Positions 46,195 to 54,085 of a DNA stretch of 64,000 nt are shown piece after piece. Made by a program: the position numbers and the translations under genes. The notes below the pieces were generated by a model. The model was not told the DNA's origin. It searched no databases and saw nothing but the letters and a program-made list of their open reading frames with translations. The stretch's first letter is position 1, and the number at the start of each line of letters is the position of its first letter. The DNA comes from a virus, in the IMG/VR virus record IMGVR_UViG_3300012953_000001, positions 96,001-160,000 of that record; one strand, 5' to 3'.

Positions 46195-46968
46195 ATGGCA
46201 ACAGTTATTATTGGTGATGTACATGGGTGCGTCGAGGAGCTTAACCAACTTCTAGAAAAGGTTTACGATAACGTAGACGCTGTGGACGAATTTATTTTCG
46301 CAGGCGATCTCGTAGATAAGGGCCCAGGCTCTGTCGCAGTCCTTCGGTACGTCAAGGCTCTAAGTGCTCTCCACAATGTAACTATTGTGGAGGGCAACCA
46401 TGAGAACAAAAACTTCAGGTTTTGGAAGAAGGTTGAGGCGGGTGATCATGAGCGTGCCATGAGTATGAAGAACTCTTCGGAGCTTTCTAAGATCATGGAG
46501 AAGGCAGACACCCCGCTCAGAAACTGGCTGCGTGACAAGGTCGTCCCTTATGCAGTCCGTCCAATGCTTGGGGTGGTCGTTGTTCATGGAGGAATCACCC
46601 CATCGGTTGAAGACCTCCCCACGGACTACACCTTGCTTGGGGGTAAAAACAAGAAGCGGGTACTACGCAGCATGTATATCCGTTATATTGACGACGAGGG
46701 AGTAATGATTCCTTTCGGTAAGGAGCGATCTGGAGACAAGTTCTGGGCTGAAAAATATGATGGTCGCTTTGGCCACGTATACTTCGGACACCAGCCTTGG
46801 ATGAAAGACGGGCCTGAGTACTTTGAGTTTGCTACGGGAATCGATCTCGGCTGCGTCCATGGGGGCTACCTCTGCGCAGCCGTTGTTCGAGGACCACTGC
46901 TTGCTCATAGGGAATTCGTTACAGTCCGTGCGGGCAAGGAGTACTGCCCTCCCCTCTTGTTGGACTAA
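46195..46968 (+). CDS. Metallophosphoesterase (PrpE/ApaH/Pnkp-phosphatase-like)
   Basis: IIGDVHGC, AGDLVDKGP, EGNHE, VVHGG, YFGH, GIDLGCVHGG; aaggag RBS. Confidence 0.85.
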   Translation: MATVIIGDVHGCVEELNQLLEKVYDNVDAVDEFIFAGDLVDKGPGSVAVLRYVKALSALHNVTIVEGNHENKNFRFWKKVEAGDHERAMSMKNSSELSKIMEKADTPLRNWLRDKVVPYAVRPMLGVVVVHGGITPSVEDLPTDYTLLGGKNKKRVLRSMYIRYIDDEGVMIPFGKERSGDKFWAEKYDGRFGHVYFGHQPWMKDGPEYFEFATGIDLGCVHGGYLCAAVVRGPLLAHREFVTVRAGKEYCPPLLLD

Positions 46969-47006
46969 CCTCCCCTCCCCGCCCAAGGCCCGTCCGGGCA
47001 AACTTA

Positions 47007-47045
47007 GGGGCCGCTACACTATTTGGTGTGGCGGTCCCTTCTTTT
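47007..47045 (+). terminator. Intrinsic terminator
   Basis: ggggccgctacac/gtgtggcggtccc plus T-rich tail. Confidence 0.7.
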
Positions 47046-47092
47046 ACCTATTACTCGCCTTCTTTAAATATGATCAGTAATATAATATTAAT

Positions 47093-47314
47093 ATGTTACC
47101 GTTCTATTTCAAAAAGAGCCCAAAGATGCCTAAAAAAGAAAACGGCCCCGTACCCCAAAAAACTCTAACAAAGTCAGAGGTTGAGGGGTGGCTCCGCAAG
47201 GCGAGCGTTCGAGAGTTAAATATTTTCGTAGACAAAAACGCCATCATCGTATGGCTTTGTCGTGCGTTATTAAGTGCTTGGAATGACTCGGATTCTTATA
47301 AAGGCAACCCCTGA
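47093..47314 (+). CDS. Hypothetical protein
   Basis: 73-aa ORF; start uncertain. Confidence 0.4.
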   Translation: MLPFYFKKSPKMPKKENGPVPQKTLTKSEVEGWLRKASVRELNIFVDKNAIIVWLCRALLSAWNDSDSYKGNP

Positions 47315-47321
47315 CAATCTT

Positions 47322-47351
47322 TGCAAAATGTAGTAGCTCCATGGGTATAAG
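47322..47351 (+). promoter_or_regulatory. Repeated phage promoter, copy 6
   Basis: TGCAAAA-N15-GGTATAAG. Confidence 0.7.
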
Positions 47352-47393
47352 AATTGTGCATGAAGCACACTTAATTTCCTAAGGAGGGAAGAC

Positions 47394-47969
47394 ATGAAGT
47401 TTGGAATTAGCTCTATTTGTTCCGCATTTGGTAATAACGTAATCGGTACCCGGGTTATGGGCCAGGGTGACTTTCTCGCTGTACTTGACGAAGCCGTCCA
47501 AGCACACGACTCATCCAACGACCGTGTGAAGGGTCAACACTTCGTACAACTACCTGAGTCCGCAGTGGGCATGGTGTCCGCAGGTGTTGGTCGTGTCGAA
47601 GGGCAACCTGTTGAGCACTTCGTTGTGCGAGAGCACCGTGGAGAGGTCAATGCTTATCTGCACCGAGCGCATGCCGCTGAGGCAGATGGTGTGGCCGCTG
47701 TTGTGTACACCTTGGATGCCTACAAGGCTGATCCCGAGGTAGACATGTCATCGGAAAATTTCGATGATGACGTAAGTCATGTTATCGTCGCAGTCCTGGC
47801 TTTTGCTGGTCCTCAGTCACCGCTCACTACGTGGCGCTTTGTATCCAACCTCGCTGGTGGGAACAAAGAAGCGTTGGAGTGGAACGCTGATGAGATCCGA
47901 AGTCGTGCAGAAACAATCAAGAACTACTGGTCAGAATGGCGAGTGGTTGCTGATCACTACGAGGCATAG
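47394..47969 (+). CDS. Conserved hypothetical protein (remote DUF3228-like, uncertain)
   Basis: aaggaggg RBS; 191 aa. Confidence 0.6.
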   Translation: MKFGISSICSAFGNNVIGTRVMGQGDFLAVLDEAVQAHDSSNDRVKGQHFVQLPESAVGMVSAGVGRVEGQPVEHFVVREHRGEVNAYLHRAHAAEADGVAAVVYTLDAYKADPEVDMSSENFDDDVSHVIVAVLAFAGPQSPLTTWRFVSNLAGGNKEALEWNADEIRSRAETIKNYWSEWRVVADHYEA

Positions 47970-47972
47970 AAA

Positions 47973-48092
47973 ATGAAAGAACTTTTAGAGCTTTATCGAG
48001 AAGACCCTAAAACGTTTTGGCAAGAACTAGGTGGCGCTTGCCTCCTCACAGTAGGGATGTACGTCTTCACTGTGTTGATGTTCTGTATGTAA
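47973..48092 (+). CDS. Unannotated 39-aa membrane peptide
   Basis: MKELLELYREDPKTFWQELGGACLLTVGMYVFTVLMFCM*; ends at a terminator. Confidence 0.5.
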   Translation: MKELLELYREDPKTFWQELGGACLLTVGMYVFTVLMFCM

Positions 48093-48093
48093 A

Positions 48094-48123
48094 AGTTCGG
48101 GGGAGAAATCCCCCGACTTTTTT
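48094..48123. terminator. Bidirectional terminator
   Basis: agttcgggggagaaatcccccgactttttt. Confidence 0.7.
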
Positions 48124-49103
48124 TAGCCATCACTCAAAACTAACTTAGCTTTTATGCGTTTAAGTAGATCCGGTAAGAGCTTCTCTGCGGCCTCCACACC
48201 TGCCTTGTAGAAGGCAATTGCTTCCGAGTGTTCATAGTGGAACTGCGTAGTGTAGTCTGCCCACTTATCTGGTGCGGGGGCGTACACAATCTCCAAGTCC
48301 AGACCCGCGTCATAAACATCCTCAATGTCTTCATGAACATTAGAGGTGATAGCCGCCATGCAACCGCGAGCTACAATCTTATGGAACGGCTCTTTCTCCA
48401 CCCCAGGATTATGTCCAGGGCTTGGATCATCTAGAATGATACCGATGATCAAGGGATTCCTCTTTTTAAGCTCAGGCACACCCAACACAAAATCTGCTGG
48501 GAAGTACGAGGCCAGTCCTCCATCCACCAACATGTCTTTCCCAAAACGATGTTCATCAGGGAAGACATCCTTGATGTAGTCTGGGTAGTCATTCTCGTCA
48601 AAGGGGAAGGGGGTGAAAACCGCAGGTATGCAGCAACTGCCAATACAAAACTTCTTCCAAGCTTCTGGAGACATGTCTTGGAGATTGCACACGACTTCCT
48701 TACCTTGGGTGAGGGAGAAGGCGTTCACATAACAAGGCTTACTCAAGGGCTTGGGAAAGAAGTTCGGCTTATTGATGGCTTTCTTAAAAACTTTGGGAGA
48801 GCTTATAATCCCGCCATCCTTTAGCATGTAGTACACGTGGCTTATCACGCGACAAATGCTCCCGCCGATCCTGGCGTGGCGAGACAAGTTATCCTTCTTA
48901 TCAAAGATAGTAAGCTCTTTGAAGTCCACGTCGGAGGCAAGCCATGCGCTAACGATTGCCCCCGCAGAGTCCCCTGCATAAGCAGCGATCTCAATACCCT
49001 CATCCTCCAGCGCCTTCTTGATTACACCAGCAACCGCGCTCAGGTAAGGAAGCCTGCCTCCAGCACCACTCAAGACTAAACAGGTAGGTCTATCACTCAG
49101 CAT
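48123..49103 (-). CDS. Patatin-like phospholipase
   Basis: LVLSGAGGRL glycine box, GDSAG nucleophile elbow, LVDGG catalytic Asp motif. Confidence 0.85.
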   Translation of the reverse strand: MLSDRPTCLVLSGAGGRLPYLSAVAGVIKKALEDEGIEIAAYAGDSAGAIVSAWLASDVDFKELTIFDKKDNLSRHARIGGSICRVISHVYYMLKDGGIISSPKVFKKAINKPNFFPKPLSKPCYVNAFSLTQGKEVVCNLQDMSPEAWKKFCIGSCCIPAVFTPFPFDENDYPDYIKDVFPDEHRFGKDMLVDGGLASYFPADFVLGVPELKKRNPLIIGIILDDPSPGHNPGVEKEPFHKIVARGCMAAITSNVHEDIEDVYDAGLDLEIVYAPAPDKWADYTTQFHYEHSEAIAFYKAGVEAAEKLLPDLLKRIKAKLVLSDG

Positions 49104-49335
49104 CGTCCACTATCCGCAAGTTCCATGGCCAGTACCACGTCGAAATACCATCGGGGGTTTTAACATATACACGGTAAGCAAGATTATACAGATAACCACA
49201 CAAGTCTGTAACAACAAACTGTTCGCCAAGAAAGTCGCCCTGAGTCACCTCAACAAGCTGCCCCACCTTGGGGTGAGAAACATCTACGCCCGAAAATCTT
49301 CCGGGGTACTTCCTAAGCTTGCGGTAATCAGCCAT
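49093..49335 (-). CDS. Hypothetical SH3-like small protein
   Basis: PKVGQLVEV... 80 aa. Confidence 0.5.
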   Translation of the reverse strand: MADYRKLRKYPGRFSGVDVSHPKVGQLVEVTQGDFLGEQFVVTDLCGYLYNLAYRVYVKTPDGISTWYWPWNLRIVDDAE

Positions 49336-49398
49336 CCAAAACTCCTACATACAGTTGTATCAACTATATGTATTAGCGAGGAAGGCTCTAAAGTATTA

Positions 49399-49686
49399 CT
49401 AACTAATTTTCGAACGAACTTCTAGGATATGGACTTCTGCGATTGCCAACCTTTCTCTAAAGTTATCCTGCTCTGCCATGGCCTCTTTTAGAAGGCTCTG
49501 TTGCATAACAATCATCTCTTTAAGGTTGGCAGTTTGCTCCTCGGCGCGAACGGCAGTAGCTCTCAGTTCACCAGCTAGTCCCTGTATCTTGGTCGAAAGA
49601 AACCAAATCGCAGGGATAATGGAGGCGGTTACACTGAGCACAATAGAAAGAATCTGCGCCCAATCAGATGTTCCAGACATATTCAC
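49399..49686 (-). CDS. N-anchored coiled-coil protein (holin/XhlA-like possible)
   Basis: TM ILSIVLSVTASIIPAIWFL then heptads. Confidence 0.5.
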   Translation of the reverse strand: MNMSGTSDWAQILSIVLSVTASIIPAIWFLSTKIQGLAGELRATAVRAEEQTANLKEMIVMQQSLLKEAMAEQDNFRERLAIAEVHILEVRSKIS

Positions 49687-49742
49687 CTCTCATGCTAATT
49701 CCTAAGAGGCGACGACGCCCCGATCTTCTTACCCTATTATAA

Positions 49743-50183
49743 CTAACCTTGTTGCTCTGACGAAGTCGCAGAATTTTCTTTTTCCTCATTTTCAGCCATC
49801 GCCGCTTCTTGTGCTGCGCTGTACTTATCGGCTTCTTCTTTAACCTGCCAGAATGTAAGCAAGTCTTCGTTTTTCATCAAGCCTTCTTGCGCAGCCATGA
49901 ATTTAGGCCAATCCATGATCTCTTTGTCAAAGCAAATCTTAAACAAAGAAAACAAATGCGTCTCTAAGCGATTGATCGCCTGACCCGCCATCTGGTAGCC
50001 CCTGAGAAGCTCGCTGATGTAGCGCTCCGCAATGACCAAGCGCTCCTCAGCAGACTGCTCTTGCTGTGCTGGGGGAAGCCCAACAAACTCCGGTGGGAGC
50101 GGACTCCTATTTGCTTGATTTACTTCCTCTGGACTTCCTGGGTGTGGATTTCCGGACTGGTGATTTACGTTTTGGTTTTCCAT
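49743..50183 (-). CDS. Hypothetical protein
   Basis: ggagg RBS, 146 aa. Confidence 0.6.
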   Translation of the reverse strand: MENQNVNHQSGNPHPGSPEEVNQANRSPLPPEFVGLPPAQQEQSAEERLVIAERYISELLRGYQMAGQAINRLETHLFSLFKICFDKEIMDWPKFMAAQEGLMKNEDLLTFWQVKEEADKYSAAQEAAMAENEEKENSATSSEQQG

Positions 50184-50445
50184 CTGTTGCCTCCATCGCG
50201 TTTAGCGATTTTAATGCGCCTTCTTCTGAAGACTTTAGTTTTTGTATTTCGCCCAATATGCATTCAATTGCCTCATAAGAGACTGTTGAATCAAGGCATC
50301 TAACTTCGTCACTTACCATCAATGTCTCGGGCGCACCGCCCGTATCGTTTGGGAGGTAGTCGCCAAGGTACACCTCAATGTCGCTGTATACCTCTAACTT
50401 ATGTTGGGATAGTGTTATCCTAGCTAATACCTCTTCAATCTTCAT
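50107..50445 (-). CDS. Hypothetical protein
   Basis: ggagg RBS; basic C-tail. Confidence 0.55.
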   Translation of the reverse strand: MKIEEVLARITLSQHKLEVYSDIEVYLGDYLPNDTGGAPETLMVSDEVRCLDSTVSYEAIECILGEIQKLKSSEEGALKSLNAMEATDGKPKRKSPVRKSTPRKSRGSKSSK

Positions 50446-51089
50446 TACGCCTCCAAAAGAGCCTTAAACCTCTTCACCAAATCGCCGCCGCCGACAGTAT
50501 CAGTGATAATACTCTTAAGAGGGTAATAAACGCAGTCCCTATCTCTAGCCTGTTCCAAGGTTCTTGTGTACTTCTTGAAATTCATATCTGCTTGAGAATT
50601 CAACATCTCTCGTGCTTTGTGATGTAAATGATTCTCTTTAGTACGAACCATGTATACATCCGACAACCCCCCAAGAATTGTATAGAACTCTGCCATACGA
50701 CCAGCAATCTTCCCAGTATCCATGTTAAATCCGTAAGAGTCTGGCAGATTCTCCCTAATCTCAATAGTGCCGCAAAGCGGGCAAATGACGGGAGAAACAA
50801 ACCAGTTCTCATACAGTGCTTGATACTTGTGCGGCCACTTATGCACATCGTCCATGTTCTCTTCCCCGATTTCATCAATCGAATTCGCGGGAAGACTGAA
50901 CGAGTCGCTGAACAAGCCTTTACAACCGTTGGCAGGGCAAAACTTAAGTAGCTCGTCCGCCTTACCAAACTGACCGGCCTTCTTCCAAATGTGGAAGGAC
51001 CCTAGTCTATTAGATGTCTTAGGCCTAAAGACAGTGCTGACCTGAATCACATAGTCAGCCACAACGGTATTTGGATCAATTAACGACAT
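50445..51089 (-). CDS. Zinc-binding hypothetical protein
   Basis: FCPANGC and ICPLCG pairs. Confidence 0.6.
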   Translation of the reverse strand: MSLIDPNTVVADYVIQVSTVFRPKTSNRLGSFHIWKKAGQFGKADELLKFCPANGCKGLFSDSFSLPANSIDEIGEENMDDVHKWPHKYQALYENWFVSPVICPLCGTIEIRENLPDSYGFNMDTGKIAGRMAEFYTILGGLSDVYMVRTKENHLHHKAREMLNSQADMNFKKYTRTLEQARDRDCVYYPLKSIITDTVGGGDLVKRFKALLEA

Positions 51090-51104
51090 TTATTCTTACC
51101 AAAG

Positions 51105-51575
51105 TTATCTAAGGGACTTAACCCGTTCCTGCATCTTATCCTCAAAGCCAGAGCCTTTAATAAAAGGAAGAGGAACTTCGATCATCCCTGGTTCATCCTT
51201 ACCGGCAACTGAAGCAGACGGACTTAGGTTGGTATGGATTCCCAAAAGAAGCTGTCGAATATCCTGCACAGTCTTATCGAGTTCTTCGGACTCGAAAATA
51301 AGTACCCAGCCAAATACCACACGGCCCTTACTTAAGAAATACTTCTTACCAACAAAGGAGTACCAGCCGCCTTCATTCTCCAAGAAATCACCTAAGACCT
51401 TGAGCCAATACTCTTCGTCTAAGACGCGGCACAAGAACCTAATGTCCCCTCCGCGACTAGACGCGCTAACAACTTCAATGCAGCCACCAAGCGCCTCAAG
51501 TGTTTCTTTCATTTCAAGTTGCAGCTTCTCAAGAGATGCTGCTGGTTTCTTTGGCTTGTTTTTGCCCTGTGCCAT
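51105..51575 (-). CDS. Hypothetical protein
   Basis: aaggag RBS, 156 aa. Confidence 0.6.
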   Translation of the reverse strand: MAQGKNKPKKPAASLEKLQLEMKETLEALGGCIEVVSASSRGGDIRFLCRVLDEEYWLKVLGDFLENEGGWYSFVGKKYFLSKGRVVFGWVLIFESEELDKTVQDIRQLLLGIHTNLSPSASVAGKDEPGMIEVPLPFIKGSGFEDKMQERVKSLR

Positions 51576-51586
51576 CTTTCGACTCC

Positions 51587-52144
51587 TTACGTTACTATTT
51601 TGAGACCAAAATTGATCTCTGTTTTTGTGCTATTTTTAGCCTCTGCCCCCAAAAGGACCACAACGTCCTCGGCCAAAGACTCCACCTCTAAAAGATTAAT
51701 ACCAATAAAATTGTAGCTAGAGCTTCCATCTAAGTTTTCCTGTCTCGGTAACATTACGACCGAAGGAAGACCCACCCAATCACGAAAGTATTTAACAGAC
51801 CCAACAAACAGATGGCTGGCGTACAGATTTCGTTGACCAAGAAGAATCATGGCCTCAACCAGAGCTTCTCTAGCGGACTTTGTGCTTGAGAACTCTTCTA
51901 GCTCCACCCTGGAAAGAACGACATCTGCATCGTCCTCTGGGTCGCCTATCCGCAAAGAGTCAGAGATTGCTTTATACCAAGCAACCTCAATAGGCCTACC
52001 AGTCTTTAGGCTAATTGACTGTACGTAAGGTTTAGATAAAACCCTTTTAAGTACCGTCAGTATACCCTCGACGTTAGGAGGCATATCAATCTCTTCGACC
52101 GATAGCATTAGCGAAGAGTCTTTTGCTTCGCCCGCACTGCTCAT
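51587..52144 (-). CDS. Hypothetical protein
   Basis: ATGA overlap, 185 aa. Confidence 0.6.
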   Translation of the reverse strand: MSSAGEAKDSSLMLSVEEIDMPPNVEGILTVLKRVLSKPYVQSISLKTGRPIEVAWYKAISDSLRIGDPEDDADVVLSRVELEEFSSTKSAREALVEAMILLGQRNLYASHLFVGSVKYFRDWVGLPSVVMLPRQENLDGSSSYNFIGINLLEVESLAEDVVVLLGAEAKNSTKTEINFGLKIVT

Positions 52145-52755
52145 ATTTGCTCCACTTTTACAGATTGCTCGGACTTGCGTCTGATGTACTCCAGATACTG
52201 GATTATAATCTCGGTCATAGTGGTGTCGTTTTTAGCTGCGTAAAGCTTCAACCACTTATGGAGATCTCCAGATATCCGAATCTGCATCATCTTTTTTTCA
52301 GACAACATAGCTTCTGATACCTCCTCTATTGATCCTAGAAAACAGATCTCTCGATCTAACGTGCCAAGGTAGCGACTCCCGTACAGGAACACCTGACACA
52401 ACCATTGTCTGCTCTTTGGATTTGGTAAATTCCCAGTTATTAACTCTAATATTTCTCTCGCTGGGTACGTGGGCGGAAACCTCCCGTGACCAAAACGAAG
52501 ACCCTCTCTGACCTGATTCGTCGCTTTTAGCAACTCCTTGGCCACACGAGAGTCCTTGTGCGCCTCGTCCCCCACTCCACGCTTCGCGGTTATACGAATT
52601 CTCGGTGGTTTGGTTGATCGACAACGCTTGCAAGGCTTCTCCTTGGGAGTCCGTTTTCTTCGCGGTGTACCGCATACTGCACATACCCAATACTCGTTAA
52701 AATTGCGGTGTTTCGTCAGTCTCGCCTGAGACAGCCGTCTTTTTGACATGAGCAT
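52141..52755 (-). CDS. Zn-ribbon plus C-terminal ribbon-helix-helix DNA-binding protein
   Basis: CAVC...CKRC; MMQIRISGDLHKWLKLYAAKNDTTMTEIIIQYL. Confidence 0.55.
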   Translation of the reverse strand: MLMSKRRLSQARLTKHRNFNEYWVCAVCGTPRRKRTPKEKPCKRCRSTKPPRIRITAKRGVGDEAHKDSRVAKELLKATNQVREGLRFGHGRFPPTYPAREILELITGNLPNPKSRQWLCQVFLYGSRYLGTLDREICFLGSIEEVSEAMLSEKKMMQIRISGDLHKWLKLYAAKNDTTMTEIIIQYLEYIRRKSEQSVKVEQI

Positions 52756-53044
52756 CCCCCACGCCTAGTTGATCTGCAAACGCTCGAACATCACCTTCAG
52801 CTTGCCTAGCAGCAATAGAATCCTGCTGCATCGTGGCAATATTTTCTGGTGCCTCTGGTGCGCCTCCTGCTTCAAGATGCGAGTACAGCACTCCAGCCTG
52901 CTCGTCAGAAATAGGAAGAGCGAAATCGTTCCCGTTAGCCAGATTAAGAAGAATCAGTTCTGTTGTAGAGGTTTCTCCATCAAATAATACTGTAGACGAA
53001 ACTCCGATAATTAGGAGTCCGCTGGTAATCGGTTCTTCAGTCAT
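52697..53044 (-). CDS. Hypothetical protein
   Basis: gaggtg RBS, 115 aa. Confidence 0.55.
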   Translation of the reverse strand: MTEEPITSGLLIIGVSSTVLFDGETSTTELILLNLANGNDFALPISDEQAGVLYSHLEAGGAPEAPENIATMQQDSIAARQAEGDVRAFADQLGVGDAHVKKTAVSGETDETPQF

Positions 53045-53381
53045 CTTTCACCTCGTATTTTTCCTTATTGGTCATCTGCTGCACCACAATCGGTCCTTGT
53101 CGGAATGCTTCTTCCAATAGCTCGGTTGTCTGATCCTTGTATTGACGCCCGGTCGCTTCAATGTATGGATACATGGCATGTTTATAGGACTCGAACATCT
53201 CATGTCTCTTATCAGACCCCTCTGCGTGCATAGACGCGAGTGAGAGGTAGTACCGCTGCTCCTGACGATACCGCTGAACAAGTATACAAAGAGCCTCCTG
53301 TAAGCTTCCGGGTCGGGGTGGAGATGCGATCCTGTCGTAAAACAAATTGGCTCGCGCCCAGCCTAGAGGAGACTCTACCCA
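53037..53381 (-). CDS. Tail assembly chaperone gpT-like segment, likely reached by -1 frameshift
   Basis: Only a TTG start; the frame is open upstream (WVESPLGWARANLFYDR) to the slippery site at 53381-53387. Confidence 0.65.
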   Translation of the reverse strand, partial: WVESPLGWARANLFYDRIASPPRPGSLQEALCILVQRYRQEQRYYLSLASMHAEGSDKRHEMFESYKHAMYPYIEATGRQYKDQTTELLEEAFRQGPIVVQQMTNKEKYEVKDD

Positions 53382-54085
53382 TTTTTTAGTTTCTCAAAGT
53401 CATCGGAGTACAGGCGGTCAACTCTGTCATTGAACCAGTGAAGGTGGATCAAAAGAAGCTCAACCAACTTCTCACCCATGTTCATGATCTTTTTGTACTT
53501 CTCATTGAACAGGTCCATGTCAATGTCGTCGCCCTTGCCGACAAGAGGAAGCTCCTTCCCGTTAACGGACTCCAACGACAACGCCAATCGCGCATAACCC
53601 ATCCAACTACGAATGCCCCAGTCGGTCGTGGCTTGGTTCTCAGCGTTCCTTTCGATCCAAAAATTCTCAGATGCTAAAAGGGACCTGTACCTAGTAGTAA
53701 GCTTCCTCTCCAAGATAGGAACCGTCTGGTTAACTCGCCCTGTCAAAACAAGGTCTGAGAAATCCATAGGAGAACACTTCTTCTCAATCGCCTTTCGGAT
53801 TTCTGGGTTGTCTGACGGTGTGTTCCGATAAAACACGGGGTCCGTAGAAGTGCCAATGCCTGCGAGGACCTCTTCGTCCACCTCGATCTCTTCTTTGTGG
53901 AGCTTCTCAGCTTCAACCTCTTCTTCGTGCATGGTCTGCACATCTTGCTCGTACTCGCGAAGTTGTTTCGCGAGATCCGGGCTCATAGTCGGCTTCTCTT
54001 CCTCAGCCACTACTGCTGGGGCCTCCTGCTCATCCTCAAGCCTTTTTTTGATCTTAGAAAGATCTGGTTTCATACCGCTGCTCAT
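53375..54085 (-). CDS. Tail assembly chaperone gpG-like protein
   Basis: Ends CTA AAA AAT GGG TAG with an in-frame A AAA AAT heptamer; YARLALSLESVNGKELP core. Confidence 0.6.
   Translation of the reverse strand: MSSGMKPDLSKIKKRLEDEQEAPAVVAEEEKPTMSPDLAKQLREYEQDVQTMHEEEVEAEKLHKEEIEVDEEVLAGIGTSTDPVFYRNTPSDNPEIRKAIEKKCSPMDFSDLVLTGRVNQTVPILERKLTTRYRSLLASENFWIERNAENQATTDWGIRSWMGYARLALSLESVNGKELPLVGKGDDIDMDLFNEKYKKIMNMGEKLVELLLIHLHWFNDRVDRLYSDDFEKLKNG
53381..53387 (-). other. -1 ribosomal frameshift slippery heptamer A AAA AAT
   Basis: X XXY YYZ pattern in the correct phase, two codons before the stop. Confidence 0.7.
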
